DNA of 64,000 bases from Eledone cirrhosa (GCA_964016885.1 OZ024745.1:114328001-114392000), one strand, 5' to 3'; shown: positions 44,779 through 64,000, counted from the first letter of the stretch. Program-made: numbers and translations. Notes: generated by a model not told the origin, from the sequence alone.

Positions 44779-44880
44779 AGTGTTGAACAAAAGCGCAACG
44801 ATGGTTGCCGAACATTGTACGGCTTAATTCGGGCTGTTTGTTTACAAACAACCCGAACATTATAATAAATGTTGAATTTC

Positions 44881-44951
<71 letters not shown>

Positions 44952-46418
44952 CTTTATCATTAATATAAAAAATAATAATTATACTTTTTTAAAGAAGGAC
45001 CTCAAATTTCATATAGCTTAGGGCCTTAGCAGGTGAAATTCTGGCCATGGTTTCTTAAGTTTGCGGGTACCTTTATTAAAACACAAGAATTCTATTTGAA
45101 GTCAGAAAAAGAGTGGCAACCTTACACAAAATATGGATTAGTTCACAGATAAATACAGATTAGGTTGTGTGTTTACTGTCTTAAGCGGAATTATTATATG
45201 TGATAAAGATAGAAATACTCTCGATTTAAATTTAATAAGATTTCAAGCGGTCAATCAGACATTCAATATTGTTTTTAATGAAGAAAAAGTCTACAAGAAA
45301 GTTAAAAATAGTACGTAATGAAATCGAAGATGTATTAATAAATAAAACTGATGCACGATGCTTATTTCCATTCAGCAATCTTCCAATTCTTTGTTACAGA
45401 CATTCATTTAGAAGAATTCTTGGTTTCTTCTCTCCCTATTCAAACTGGGTAGAGGCACAGACTTTTTATTTCAAAATTCGAATATTAAACAAAGGTCGAA
45501 TATTTTTTCCATAATCAGAGGTAGCTTCAGCTTCACCTCTTGGTATGAAAACTGAACTAGAGGAATCAACGGTTCATGTTATTGACAAATAGTTCCTTTC
45601 ACAGTTGAAAGTCATCACTATTAACTGAAATAGTTAAAACTTACAGCATTTTCCCAAGAAAATTAGTAATGTAGCTAACAATAACCTCCTTCATCTAAAT
45701 AAAAAAAGAGACAGACATTATATATCTAATTGGTTATGAAAGACACTATTTGAGTAGAAAACACTTTACACAGCATTCCGTAATCTTCATGTCTAATAAA
45801 ATTACAAAATAAACAAAACAGTCACCTATATCGTATTACTCTGCGTTTTTTCACCTGTAATTAAACAGCAACAGCAATGAAAGCTAGTCTTAGGAGAGAT
45901 TTGAACTCAAAGAGAGATTAAAAAGGTTCGTGACTAAAGACTGTAAAGCATTATACTAATTTTGCTATCCAGCGCCCTTAAAAGAGTTATTATAACTATC
46001 AGCAACAACAGAGTAACTCTATAAATGACGACAATCATTGCAGTGCCAGCAACAGAGAAAGAACAGAAGTACCAACAGCATCAATAATGATTATCTCAAA
46101 CAGTAGCCGACAATGATATGGTGTATATCTGATAGCGATATTGCTGCTAAGTTAGTTGCCATGAACAACAATGACGTAACTGAAAGCACGAGGCATGTAC
46201 AACGTGCCTGTCTTTCAATGCCTTTCTTGTCGATAGTTTTCAAACAGCCCTAGCGAAAAATATTCAAATGCTACCTAGGCGGAAAGTGGTTTTTATACGT
46301 TGGAAGTAGAAAATGGCATTAAAAATATAGAAAATGAAGAAAGTGAAGACACACGTGTATTTATGTTTGGATGTACTTGTTTGTATATGAGCATATATAT
46401 ATACACGCAGGGGTTAAG

Positions 46419-46539
<121 letters not shown>

Positions 46540-46678
46540 ATAAGTAGAAGTGGTATTTAATTTGTTGGAAGTCCGACAAACATAAATGTTTATAACTGAG
46601 TTAGAACACTCAACAGTCCACTGGGGTAAATGTTCAATGATATTAAATAAATTGAAACTATATTTATAAAACCATATT

Positions 46679-46743
46679 TATTTTATTATATATATTTCAA
46701 GGGTAACCAAGACAACATTGGTACGCTTTCATCAGATAAAATA
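46679..46743 (-). ncRNA. Minimal type I hammerhead motif (family H1; unit 46637-46780)
   Basis: TATTTTAT-CTGATGA-AAGcGTACCAA tgttgtc TTGGTTACcCTT-GAAA-TATATA-TA-ATAAAATA. Confidence 0.85.
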
Positions 46744-46864
46744 CTACAAAGTTTGTTTTATAAATAGAGACATACCCATGAAAATCATACCTTATCGGTT
46801 GGAAATTCACTGGATAGTGGAAATATATTAGGGATTATTCAAACCTATGTGTGAATATCATTTG

Positions 46865-48725
46865 CAATGAAAAGCATGACCGCAGGAAGGCATTTTGCTC
46901 TAGCTCCTTGATCTTCTTCTTGGCTTTCTGAAGCTCCTCGCTGGTGAAGGGCTCTGTCTCAATATTCAGTTCTTCAAACAGCCGCCTGATCTCACCAGTG
47001 CTCTGGGCTGTGAATAGCGGATCTCCTTGTAGGGTCCTAAAATGGTCTAGCCATTTCCTCTTACTATCCTCGGGCCCTGTTCCCTGGATCTGACTCGAAC
47101 ACATTCTCTTTCTCCCTGTGATCTCGTTGATGATCATCCAGCTCTCCTTACATCCAGACCTGTCAACCACTCTCTCCACGCTTCTTATCTTCTCTATCAG
47201 TGCCTCCTATCTGGCCTCAGTGTAAGCGGTACAGAGTTCTTCCCTCATCACCTCCACAGTCTCCATCCTCTCCGCCGTAGGATCAGCATAGAATTGGTCC
47301 TTGGCAGCTTTCAGGTGTTCTCTGGCTGCACACACTTTTGGGTCTGCAGAGCTGACGTGCTTCCTTTTGTTCTTTCTCCTCGGCACCAGGGTCTCACTTG
47401 CTTGCGTCACTGCATTGGTGAAGTGCCCGTACCTCCTCGTCACACTCTCTTCAGTCCATCCAATCTCTCTCTCCTCTGTCTCTCCACACAGAGCACTGAA
47501 CCTGTTCCTCACTTCCACTGTGAACCTCTCCTGTAGCTTATCATCTTCCTTGAAAGCTCCCCATTCATAGATTGCTCTCCGGCGCTAAGCCTTGCTCTTT
47601 CTTAAGCTCACTCGGACCTCACTCATAACAAGCCGGTGGTCACTACCCAGTGTACTGAAATAGTTGTATGGTTCTGTGTTCAGAACACTATTCCGCCACT
47701 TTATCCTCACCAGAATGAAATCAATCTGGGACTTGGACAGGTGCACATCCGAGATATAGGTCCACATCTTCCCCGGATTCTTCCTAAACCTTAGGTTGGT
47801 CGCTATCAAGTTCGCCTCCAGCAGGGTGTCTCTCAGTAGTCTTCCATTTCGGTTGGTGTTGTTATGGAAGTACCAGCAAGGGTCTTCACTGCCCTCCTTA
47901 CTCAGATGTGCATTGAAGTCCCCCAGAACAAGCAGGATGTTGTGAGCATGTGTTGTGTTGACAGCTCTACACACCTACTCATGGAACTCTTCCGCACTCA
48001 CACCATTGTCTCCCTCAGTTGGACTATAGGCTGAGATTGGGTTTCCATTGAAGGTCACCCTCAACACTCGCGGGGAGACAGGTATTATTTCCCTCACCAA
48101 TAGACTGGCTTTTGTGCTGAAAAAAAACCCACTTCTCCCACTGCAGCATTGGTCATGTTCCTCACTACCGATGTGGTGATGAGCTGGTTCATCTTCCTAA
48201 TCATCACACTCCTCACGGGCTCATCGTGTAGGATCCTGTGTTCTTGGATCGCAAGTATCTGTATACCACTCTCATCGAACAGATGTCCCAACTCCTCTCT
48301 CTTCTCCAGCGTCCGAATAGTCCTCACGTTCAAAGTGCCCATTTTGATGGCTCTTCTGCAGGACAAAACTACATTCTTTATATTTGTCTCAGAGACAGCT
48401 GATCCATCATCCACTGGCCTTCCCTGTGGCTCTGAGCCAGCAGAGTCATAACGACCAGACTGTTCCTTGACAGTGTAATTAGGGGCTCTAGCCCTAGTGC
48501 TGTTAGATAGAGTCTCCATATTTATTTTCAATGGCTGACAATACCTTACCGGCGCCACTCGAATAAGGTAGTTATTTAACCCATAAATGGGGCCCTAACA
48601 GGTAATACTACTCCGGGCCAGAGCAGACCTGAGAGTTATTACAACTAAGGGGTAACTCCACATTCCCCACAGCTCCTGAACTCCCGAACTGGAGCCTTGC
48701 CACTGGATGTAGTTTAGTGTCATTG
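46865..48725 (-). mobile_element. RTE-X-like LINE 5' half (UTR, APE endonuclease, linker), disrupted
   Basis: MGTLNVRTI, LAIQEHR, LGDFNAH, QIDFIL, GSDHRLV; ends with 43 bp shared with the start of 38813-39869. Confidence 0.9.
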
Positions 48726-49015
48726 CTTAAAATTTAATCTGTTATTTTAATAAATATATATATATATATATAATTATATATATATATATATATGAATTAT
48801 ATTTATTAAAATAACATATTAAAGTTTAAGCAAAGAATCGCAGCTTTCACCCAGCAGTGATTCTTTGCTTAAACTTTAATCTGTTATTTTAATAAATATT
48901 TGCTCTACGGTTCTTATATATTTGATATATATATTTATCCTTATCGAGCCCTCTTTGGATTTTAGTCTTCAAATTTATTATTATTACTATATAAATTATA
49001 TATATATATATATAA

Positions 49016-49350
49016 ATGCTGAGGATGGCTCTAAACATTAATCAGTATACACTGAGGATGAAAAACTCAGAGCTGTATGGGAGCATCCCAAAAGTCAGCT
49101 CAAAAGTGACACAGAGGAGACTGAGGTTAGCTGGACATGCTCACCGACATCCAGAGTTGACATTGCACTCAGTACTCCTCTGGGAGCCCCTACATGGACA
49201 CACTAGAAGATAAAGACCAAAGTTAACGTATGTTGATGCCCTAAGGACAGACACTGGTCTGTTGGAGACGCAGGACATAGCAGCGATAATGAGGGACAGA
49301 GACCGCTGGAGTGAACTAGTCCATGCATCTCGGGAATTTTACCCGCCTTA
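49016..49350 (+). mobile_element. RTE-X-like LINE 3' fragment
   Basis: Near-identical to 39532-39869. Confidence 0.92.
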
Positions 49351-49371
49351 GAATAGAATATATATATATAT

Positions 49372-49410
<39 letters not shown>

Positions 49411-49419
49411 GATATATAT

Positions 49420-49487
<68 letters not shown>

Positions 49488-50040
49488 GAATATAAAATGA
49501 AAGTGCTTTTTTTAAAAAAAAGGAATCTATTAGGTATTGACATATGTTTCTGTAACAGACGGAATACCTATGTATCGCTGCTTGCGTAATCATATAATGT
49601 TAGCAAGTATTCGATAGCAAATGTATAAGCAGTTGTCACTTCTTCAGAGATTTTGGATAAATTAGAAAAAATCAGAAAAATTGAAGTATTTATATTAGTT
49701 GTAGTAGAGGAAGAAGAGAGGGGATTAGTATATGACAGATGGTAATTCAATTTACTGCTAAACAAGTATTTTATTTTATCTAAATAAGAATTTTTGGGAG
49801 TGCCTATTTTAATCTATACTTGACCAATTGAACAATACACAGGGCTGGTCATTTGGTGTAGTAGTATTAATTGTAAAGTGTCAATTAAGGAAGGGGGAGA
49901 TTTCGACTGCTACTGAATAACATCAATGCTAGTAGCCAGCTGGTATATGCATTAGGGAAGTGAATTAAGAAATCTCATTTTATCTATAGCAGTTTATATT
50001 AACGTAACGATATATTATCACTACATTATTGATAACCTGA

Positions 50041-53183
<3,143 letters not shown>

Positions 53184-53184
<1 letters not shown>

Positions 53185-53997
53185 TAGCAGTAAAGCCCGG
53201 CGTTGCTCGGGGTCGCTCAGTAGCTGTGTTAAAGTTACAATGTTAAGTTTCTTTTTTGGCTTAAAAACTGTAGTGTCTACTGTGCAGACTTGCATGTGGT
53301 GTTTTTGATTAATATTCCCTCAACCAACAATATGCCTTATGAAGTTAAGAAAACATAACGATAACCCGAATGTTATAACAAAAGAGGATGCTGGGGATAA
53401 AAACTGCACTGGTTATTTATTAACAAAGATCGAAAATGTAAACACTGCAACGCAGAGAAAAACATTAGCGTAACCAAATTATCAGTTATGTCTGTCTGCA
53501 CGCCTATATCACCTCTCTGCACGACTGTCTGTCTGCATGCCTGAAATATTTGCTTGTTTTACGTAGTCTTTAAATAGACTTGTTTTCAAGTAAAAATATT
53601 GTTTTAAAATGCTTTTAAATGGAAATGCAGCAAAACGGAAGCTTAGTGTTCGAACTGATGAATTTTGCAGGTCAATATTTTGCTGGCTCGACAACTGTTC
53701 GTGTATTGTGTTAATGTCATTTTAAACGCTGAGAAAGCCAGCGTAATTTTTTGCGTAAGACGCTCAATGTAAACAGAACAAAGGGAAATAACTGATAACT
53801 TACGCTAAAAAATCGATACATTATATTCGATTTCGTCACATAGGGTGGGTCAATTTGAAATATTTTTTTCCGATGTCTTCGCTAGGGCTCAATGTACAAG
53901 TATAGCAATTTCGGTGCAATTCCGTGAGAGATTCTAAGAGGAGATGTGTGCCAAAAATCGATAGACAGACAGACAACCACAGTTTTATATATATAGA
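53184..53997 (-). mobile_element. Non-autonomous Helitron
   Basis: Minus strand: A|TCTATATATATAAAAC 5' end; 3' hairpin CCCGAGCAACGCCGGG, 8 nt, then CTAG|T; no TSD. Confidence 0.8.
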
Positions 53998-54389
53998 TAG
54001 ATGAGAGTATTGAAGTTTGCTTGAAGCATTGTGGAATAATAAGTAAATATCTTTAAGTCGTTTGGAAGCCTCGACAATGCAAATGGGTAAATCTCCGGGT
54101 AACAAGATCCGGTGGTGGAGAGAGAGATGTAAGTGGGTGTACGTTGAGATGCGTGGTGTGTATAAGACGTGTAGAAGAATGAAGGAAAGAGTATAAAGGA
54201 TAAAATAAAAATAACAACACGAGAGAGAGTTACCTTGGGAGAGATTTAATTGTCCCTATATATTTCGGATTCACATCCACAACTGGGTTTTATTTCCGGG
54301 GTGGGGGAAAGGTTGTCTGTCGGACAGGTGCGAAACGCGTCCTCCGCTGTTTGTTGTTTTGAATATCTGGCAGATATTCAAAACAACAA

Positions 54390-54739
54390 AGACACAGGAA
54401 CGATGTACTAGTATCAATCTAGAAACTAGTACATCGTTCCTGTGTCAGTGTTGAACAAAAAGGTGACGTAGTTGCCTAAACACTGTACGGCGTAATTCGG
54501 GCTGTTTGTTTGTTTACAAACAAACAAACCGAGCATTATAATAAATGTTCGGTAAACCGATACGTGCATATATATATATGTGTGCATGTATGTATATATA
54601 TACATACTACTGTACGTCTGTATACATATATGTATGTACGTATACATACATACATACATACATACATACATACATACATACATACATTTAAGTAAGTGCC
54701 GTACTAAGAGTGAGAAATGAAATTTCGTTTCATTCTATT

Positions 54740-54786
<47 letters not shown>

Positions 54787-55240
54787 TGTATGTATAGTAT
54801 ATTTGGTAATATACTGTATGTTTAATTAAAAACGTGTTGAAGACCTTGCGCTATTATTTTAAAGTAGTGACTATGTCACTTACTTCATTTTTCAGCAAAG
54901 GAAGGGGGAGAAGCTGACATCTGTTTCACACTGTTTGATCTGGTTCACCTTTTTGTTCAACACTGACACAGGAACGATGTACTAGTTTCAAGCTTATTAG
55001 CTATAGTTTCTAGCTTGAAACTAGTACATCGTTCCTGTGTCAGTGTTGAACAAAAAGGTGACGTGGCTGCATAAACACTGTACGGCGTAATTCGGGCTGT
55101 TTGTTTGTTTACAAACAAACAAACCGAGCCTTATAATAAATGTTCGGTAAACCGATACGTACATATATATATATGTGTGCATGTATGTATATATATACAT
55201 ACTACTGTACGTCTGTATACATATATGTATGTACGTATAT
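54390..55240. mobile_element. Two family H2 units, each with a fold-back 5' junction
   Basis: 54421-54730 and 55012-55240 are near-identical; each is preceded by an inverted copy of its own start. Only the GAAA-CTAG-TA 3' half of the hammerhead is retained. Confidence 0.8.
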
Positions 55241-55340
55241 AAGGGTATGTCAATATTTATTTATAAAACTGGTCTATATTATATTTTATCTGAACTGAAC
55301 TGGGTAATTGCTGGCCTTGTGCCTAAAGTAGAAACAATTA

Positions 55341-55405
55341 TATTTTATCTGATGAAAGCACACCATAATTTAACTTGGTGTCCTTGAAATATGTATAATG
55401 AAATA
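55341..55405 (+). ncRNA. Minimal type I hammerhead motif (H1; unit 55243-55448)
   Basis: TATTTTAT-CTGATGA-AAGcACACCA taatttaact TGGTGTcCTT-GAAA-TATGTA-TA-ATGAAATA. Confidence 0.82.
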
Positions 55406-55446
55406 AATATGGTTTTATAAATATAGTTTCCATTTATTTTAATATC

Positions 55447-55558
<112 letters not shown>

Positions 55559-57786
55559 CTTATTTTATATATGATACATTATTGGCAGTTGAAAGGAGAA
55601 TGAAGACATATTTAGAGAAAAACTTCATTGAGAAATAAAAGTAAAGAAACGCATCAAAGATATCCGTAATATAAAGAGAGAGGGAGAGAGAGAAGGAAAG
55701 AGAATATTATGAAATTGAGCTTATAGAGAAAGACTTACAGAGAAAAAATTGACAGCTCATATGACACGAAAGAACATCATAAAATATGAGTGAGATATAT
55801 TAAGAAAACTCCCTGGGAGGGGACAATAGAATAAATAGTAATTTCATTTGTGCTAAATTATCGCTCGCTTAAATGTCTGAAACGAATAAATCTTAACGGG
55901 TAAATAATTGAAACATTTTCTCAATTCAGTATTCGCCTGTGACTAACCACATTTCATGTAATGTTTCAATTATTCTCTAAGCGACAGATTTTTTTTTAAG
56001 ATCAAGTGTTAATAGTTTTTGTCATGAGAGAAACCTACTTTATCAACAGACCAGCGAAATGTATTTAAATATACTTGGTTGAAATAAATAGCACATCAAT
56101 TACTCATAAAAAGAACAAACTTGAAATGCTTGAAGCTGCTTCGTTAATATAATTCAAAGATGCTTATAAAAACCAATTGACGTCGTGTGAAGATTTATAC
56201 TTCACAACAGCCATTTCTGTTTCATAATTTGAAAATACATGACAGCTTCACAGTTGTCTTAAAAAAAAAAAAATTTTTTTTTTTAATTGACAAGTAACAA
56301 ATAGCGTAGAATAACAGATGACATAATTTGTAGTTCTGTTTTAAATCTCTGTTGAATTACTATATTAATTAAAAAATATTTCTAACATAAACACAAGGCC
56401 AGGTATATTGGAGAAGGGAATGAACAGTGGATAAAAATGACCATAGTACTTGATTGATATCTCATTTTGTCAATCCCGAAAGGATGAAAATTGTGTTTTA
56501 ATGTCTAAACGTAAAGAACCTAAAGAAATATCGAATGCTATTTATTCGCCTTTCTACCAATTGAGAGTCTAAATTGGAAATATATGAATGACAAACATCT
56601 CATTCGTTCTTCTTCATGAATATAAAACATTTATTTATATAAGAAAGTAAAAGATATACAGCGATCCGATTTCAGTTCCCTATTGCAACTCTTAAATCAT
56701 TTTCGCTGCTTATGACAGATTATTTTTAAGATCAAATGTTAATAGATTTTGTCATGATAGAAATCTACTTCATCAATAGACCAGCAAAATATCTTTAATC
56801 AGGCTTGGTTAAAGTAATGGAATTTCAATTACACATCAAAAATGTTACAGGAAACTTTTCAAATGTCTCGAGAAAACTATGTATAAAGAAATATAATGGA
56901 ATATGAATTTCTCGCTTCCGATTTCCAGATCTTCGGAAACGAGAAACTGCTTCCAGCTCCCAATAAATATAACTCTACATATTATATTGAGTACTTCCTT
57001 TTTGCCTTCTTGTTTGCACAGTTTTTGCGCTGAAACATACATCTCTCGCAATCTTTCTCTTAAGTATGCATGTATGTATGTATGTATGTATGTATGTATG
57101 TATGTATGTATGTATGTATGTATGTGTGTATGTGTGTATGTATGTGTGTATGTGTGTGTGTGTCTGTGTGTGTGTGTGTATGTATGTATCGGTTTAAAAT
57201 AGGTGCACTAAACAAAAAGGTCATGTGGTATTTATGTATTGAGTTACATCCCTTGGCGTCAAAAGGGTAAACGTCACCATTAGGTCTGAAGCGGATGAAA
57301 TAAGTGCGGTCATCTATATTAATTGACTGAAAACCTTCATGGTGGTGCCCAGAAAACGACTATAATCCCATGTCTGAAACAATGAATAAATGCCTGCAAA
57401 GGCAAGCGTTCATATGAGATCTCACTGAAGTATATGATCTTCACGCGGAAGACATCGATTGGGAAATGTACCAACGTCATTATTCTAACTTGCTTAATCA
57501 GTTGATGTTGTTCGTTTTTTTTATTCCTTTCAAAACCTATATATTTTCACAATCATTCTTATGTCTGGTAAGTACGAGTACAATTTTGCTTCCCTGGGGT
57601 GATCTATACCTATAAGATCAAAATACATCTGACATTAGCATCGTACGGAATCAACAATCTAATTCTTGCCCCCACTGTACGCCTCCATTCAATTTTTAAT
57701 CGATTTAGACTTCAGAGTTTCCTCCCTTTGCCTTCGGCTATCGTATTCTTGATTTTTAAAAAAAATTATATTATTGGCGTCATGAA

Positions 57787-58005
57787 GGCGGCGGACTCGC
57801 TGTACAAAAGGGCGTCTGATGTGTTTTGGGACATAGAGTGGCGTCCCTCTGCGTTCTGAGTTCAAATCCAGCCGAGGTTAACTTTGGCTTTCATCCTTAC
57901 AGGGTCGATAAAATAAAGTACCAGTAACACACTGGGGTGGGTTGACTTATTCGACTTTCCCCTCCCCAAAAATTGTTGGCCTTGTGTCTCAATCAGAAGC
58001 CATTT
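57787..58005 (+). mobile_element. SINE family S
   Basis: Full copy flanked by TATTATTGGC. Confidence 0.88.
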
Positions 58006-58137
58006 TATTATTGGCATAAGTTAATTGATTACAATAATTTCTAAGTTACTAGAATAAGTATATTAGTTGACAGTTGAGTATAGATAAGAGTTTGAATTTA
58101 GAAACGCGTGAGAAAAAAGTACTTGATACATCTAGTA

Positions 58138-58487
58138 CATTGGTTCCCAACCAGGGGGCCATAGCCCACCAGTGGGCCATAGCAAGTTATTGGGGGAGCC
58201 ACGGGAATTAACTAAAAATCACAAAATTTTATACATAAAAAAGAAGAGTAGTTTCCTAACATAATTTTTTCTTTTTCTTGCTGCAAATTTTTATATTCAA
58301 CTTTTTATCAACTTTCTACCTTTTCTAATTAGGATTTTACTTCACAAATAAAAAGACATGCCAAAATTATTTCTACATAAAAAAATTATATCAAAAATTT
58401 TAATTTTTTTTGGGGGGGGGGGGGGGGGGGGGGCCATACTGTTTTGTCATTAAGGTGGAATTTATTATAAAAGGTTGGGAACCGGTG
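58138..58487. mobile_element. 350-bp hAT (Charlie-like) MITE
   Basis: TIR CATTGGTTCCCAACC / GGTTGGGAACCGGTG; perfect TSD ATCTAGTA at 58130-58137 and 58488-58495. Confidence 0.9.
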
Positions 58488-58661
58488 ATCTAGTAGAATT
58501 GATTCATTTATTCGTAGATGCGGCTTTCCTCTGTTGCTACTCTAAATTTCCAGGTTCCAATCTTTACATCGGTTCTGGGACAACGGAAATGCAAACTCAA
58601 AGTTGCGACGGAAGGAAGTCTCACCTTCGAATATATATATATATATATTTAAGTGTGTGTT

Positions 58662-58708
<47 letters not shown>

Positions 58709-58811
58709 AGTGCTGAGATTAGGGAGAACACTAATGGAGTACTTAATGCATGGGGAGATGTAGCGCCGCGGTCGGGATTTTACATATCTATCATATCTAT
58801 CTATCCATCTC

Positions 58812-58894
<83 letters not shown>

Positions 58895-58919
58895 CATATA
58901 TATATATAACTTACACACA

Positions 58920-58966
<47 letters not shown>

Positions 58967-58998
58967 GAATCTATCTATTTATAAGACTGTTTATATTG

Positions 58999-59064
58999 TA
59001 TTTTGTCTGAAGAAGGCATAACATATTCTTAATATGATATCCCTGAAATATATATAATGAAATA
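58999..59064 (+). ncRNA. Minimal type I hammerhead motif (H1; unit 58962-59106)
   Basis: TATTTTGT-CTGAAGA-AGGcATAaCATATT..AATATGaTATcCCT-GAAA-TATATA-TA-ATGAAATA. Confidence 0.85.
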
Positions 59065-59104
59065 AATATGGTTTTATAAATATAGTTTCCATTTATTTAA
59101 TATC

Positions 59105-59224
<120 letters not shown>

Positions 59225-59310
59225 ATACATATATATACATGTACGTATACATATATACATATATACATATAGATATATATATATACACATATATATATAC
59301 ACATATATAT

Positions 59311-59343
<33 letters not shown>

Positions 59344-59422
59344 AACATATATACATATATATATATATATACGTATACATACACACGTATATATATATAT
59401 ATATACATATATTTATATATAC

Positions 59423-59455
<33 letters not shown>

Positions 59456-59499
59456 TATATATACGTATACATACACGCGTAATATACGTATACATACAC

Positions 59500-59535
<36 letters not shown>

Positions 59536-59569
59536 TTATACACATATATATACTTATACACATATATAT

Positions 59570-59646
<77 letters not shown>

Positions 59647-59872
59647 AAATACGGGATTGTCTCTCTGTATTGGTGATTCCCATCGTAGGCGGGGCTGCCA
59701 TGAAACCCCCACACCGGTATACGTGCTTATATAACTTTACAATGTGTGTCTATGTGTGAGTGCGTTCCTGCTTGTGTATGGTGGCATCTATATCTATCTG
59801 CTATATGTTCACATGCATCCGTAAGTGTATTTGAGAAAGAAAAAAAAAAAAAAATGAATTGATAGTATTATG

Positions 59873-59952
<80 letters not shown>

Positions 59953-59992
59953 GATATTAAATAAATGGAAACTATATTTATAAAACCATATT

Positions 59993-60058
59993 TATTTCAC
60001 TATATATATTTCAGGGATATCATATTAAAAATATGTTATGCCTTCTTCAGACAAAATA
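59993..60058 (-). ncRNA. Minimal type I hammerhead motif (H1; unit 59951-60098)
   Basis: Inverted, near-identical copy of 58999-59064. Confidence 0.83.
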
Positions 60059-60119
60059 CAATATAAACAGTCTTATAAATAGATAGATTCGACATACCTT
60101 TCAACTTCGACTTCTATTG

Positions 60120-60185
60120 TATTTTGTCTGAAGAAGGCATAACATATTTTTAATATGATATCCCTGAAATATATATAATGAAATA
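60120..60185 (+). ncRNA. Minimal type I hammerhead motif (H1; unit 60115-60228)
   Basis: Direct, near-identical copy of 58999-59064. Confidence 0.85.
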
Positions 60186-60926
60186 AATATGGTTTTATAA
60201 ATATAGTTTCCATTTATTTAATATCGTAAATATACTCCAAATACTTGTTGAGTGCTTTTATATCAGTTATAAATATTTACTCGTTGTAACCCAACAATTT
60301 AAATAAAACTTTGCATATATATATATATATATATATATCTACATCAGAACACTCCTTCACTATATTTCTATATCTATAAATAGATACGTGTGCATGTCAA
60401 TGTGTGAGGAAGAGAGGGAGAGTGAGAGATAGCGAGAAAGAGAGAGAGAGAGAGAGAGTAGTGTTGGAGAGAGAAAAGTTGAAAGAAGAGAGGAAGCAAA
60501 TGAAACAAAACAATTGACTGAGAGTAACTCCTTCCGTCGTAGTAAGTAATTTCAACGTAGAAAGTCAATGCAATTACGTCACTGAAGTAGATAAAAATTA
60601 CAGCGGAAGTGGGATAGGCTTGAACTTGGCCTTCAGAAAACACCAGCACTCAGATTACCTGCGTGACGTAAATAATGACGTTGGCCGCATATAATTCTAG
60701 TTTATTTATAGCACAAATGCTGCTTTATTGCTTTATTTCGTACCTTTTTATAAAAGATTACGTCATTTTTATTTTGAGCTTTCCCATCCTCACGTATTGC
60801 ATAATAAACCGGGAGAACCTCAGAGAACTTTCTATGCTATTCTATTTGTCGGTGCCTAAAAATATCACAATATCTTTTATACATACACATTCTCACAACA
60901 CAAACAGGCGTACACACCCTATATAG

Positions 60927-63152
<2,226 letters not shown>

Positions 63153-64000
63153 ATAATCCTAGATATACAAAAATAAATGTTAGTCAGCTGAACCATAGCT
63201 GATTTGGGGATAAACATATCAGATGCAGATGGAGATCGAAGCGTTTAAACAGGGTAACTGAAGCTCAAGATTACTGGAGATTATTTTCGATAAAGAGGTG
63301 AGTGACACAGGCGCCATTTTTGATTATCAAGTATGACATGAACAACATATACACACATATATATATGTTTAAGTGTGAGAGGCTTCTGTCTCGGAGTTGA
63401 ACAGGATATCATTTTTGTAGGCTTAGTAATAGGTGGTAAGTGATTGGAGTTTTCCTCGACGTTCAGAAGGAAATGGGAGAACATTTTAAAACGGATTTAG
63501 TACTACTTTAGACATATTTAAGCTGTGTGGTTTTGTCCTTATACTAAACTGAATGTTTTGTTACTTCACTGTTCAGATTTGAAATCCTGCCGATATTGAG
63601 TACTGGTGGCTCTATTTGTTGACGATAACCTAAACCAAATAAGAAAGCGGGCTCTAAGGAGCCATAGGAACACATCAAGTAAGTTGACTTTGTAACACGA
63701 TTTCGATTCACACTTGTAGGTTATTAATTTCAATTGTGCCTGTGATATCCTCAGAAAAGCATGGATGTCTCGACATCGCATTTTTTTTTTTTTACATATA
63801 TTCATGTACAGCATTTGTAGCTAATTAACAACATATATTTTCCTAATTTGCTTCCTCCCACATTCTGATGCTGCGATAAATGTGAGGGTCACTGCTTCTG
63901 TAGCCGAACAGAATAAAATTCTAAAGTACCACGAATTATCGGTAAACTATTTCTTCCAGCTTGTGGCGTTCGAGACGTTTGGGGGAGCTGGGCCGCTGAC

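Larger units (their letters stand above)
44075..44885. mobile_element. Cluster of three hammerhead-family H2 units (minus 44075-44338; plus 44337-44600; plus 44711-44870)
   Basis: Mutually homologous units of about 160-270 bp flanked by (TA)n; related to 54390-54730 and 54945-55240. Confidence 0.8.

Overview
AT-rich, microsatellite-dense eukaryotic DNA with no recognisable host protein-coding exon. The repeat repertoire suggests an octopod or other cephalopod mollusc intron or intergenic region (inference). Most of the supplied ORF track is translation of (TA)n/(CA)n/(TATG)n repeats. Real coding potential is all transposon-derived: a near full-length but disabled RTE LINE with three C-terminal C2H2 fingers (20920-25184); a head-to-head pair of L1/Tx1-type 3' arms (26780-29650); four pieces of a second RTE-group (RTE-X-like) LINE; a decayed RLE-type (R4/Dong-like) LINE (2800-5450, minus); and two Penelope-like (PLE) protein remnants (43046-43677). 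There are about 20 copies of one tRNA-headed SINE family, several hAT MITEs with perfect 8-bp TSDs, a non-autonomous Helitron and a Tc1/mariner fragment. The most notable hidden signal is RNA structure. Ten minimal type I hammerhead ribozyme motifs (CTGA[T/A]GA-stem II-GAAA-palindrome-TH) from four unrelated short non-coding families lie between 20.3 and 60.2 kb. They abut (TA)n tracts, often in inverted pairs, and one family shows clear compensatory base changes. Three LINE-related elements also share a precisely bounded, covarying, possibly pseudoknotted 5' RNA head that I cannot assign to a known class. All folds and alignments were done by eye.
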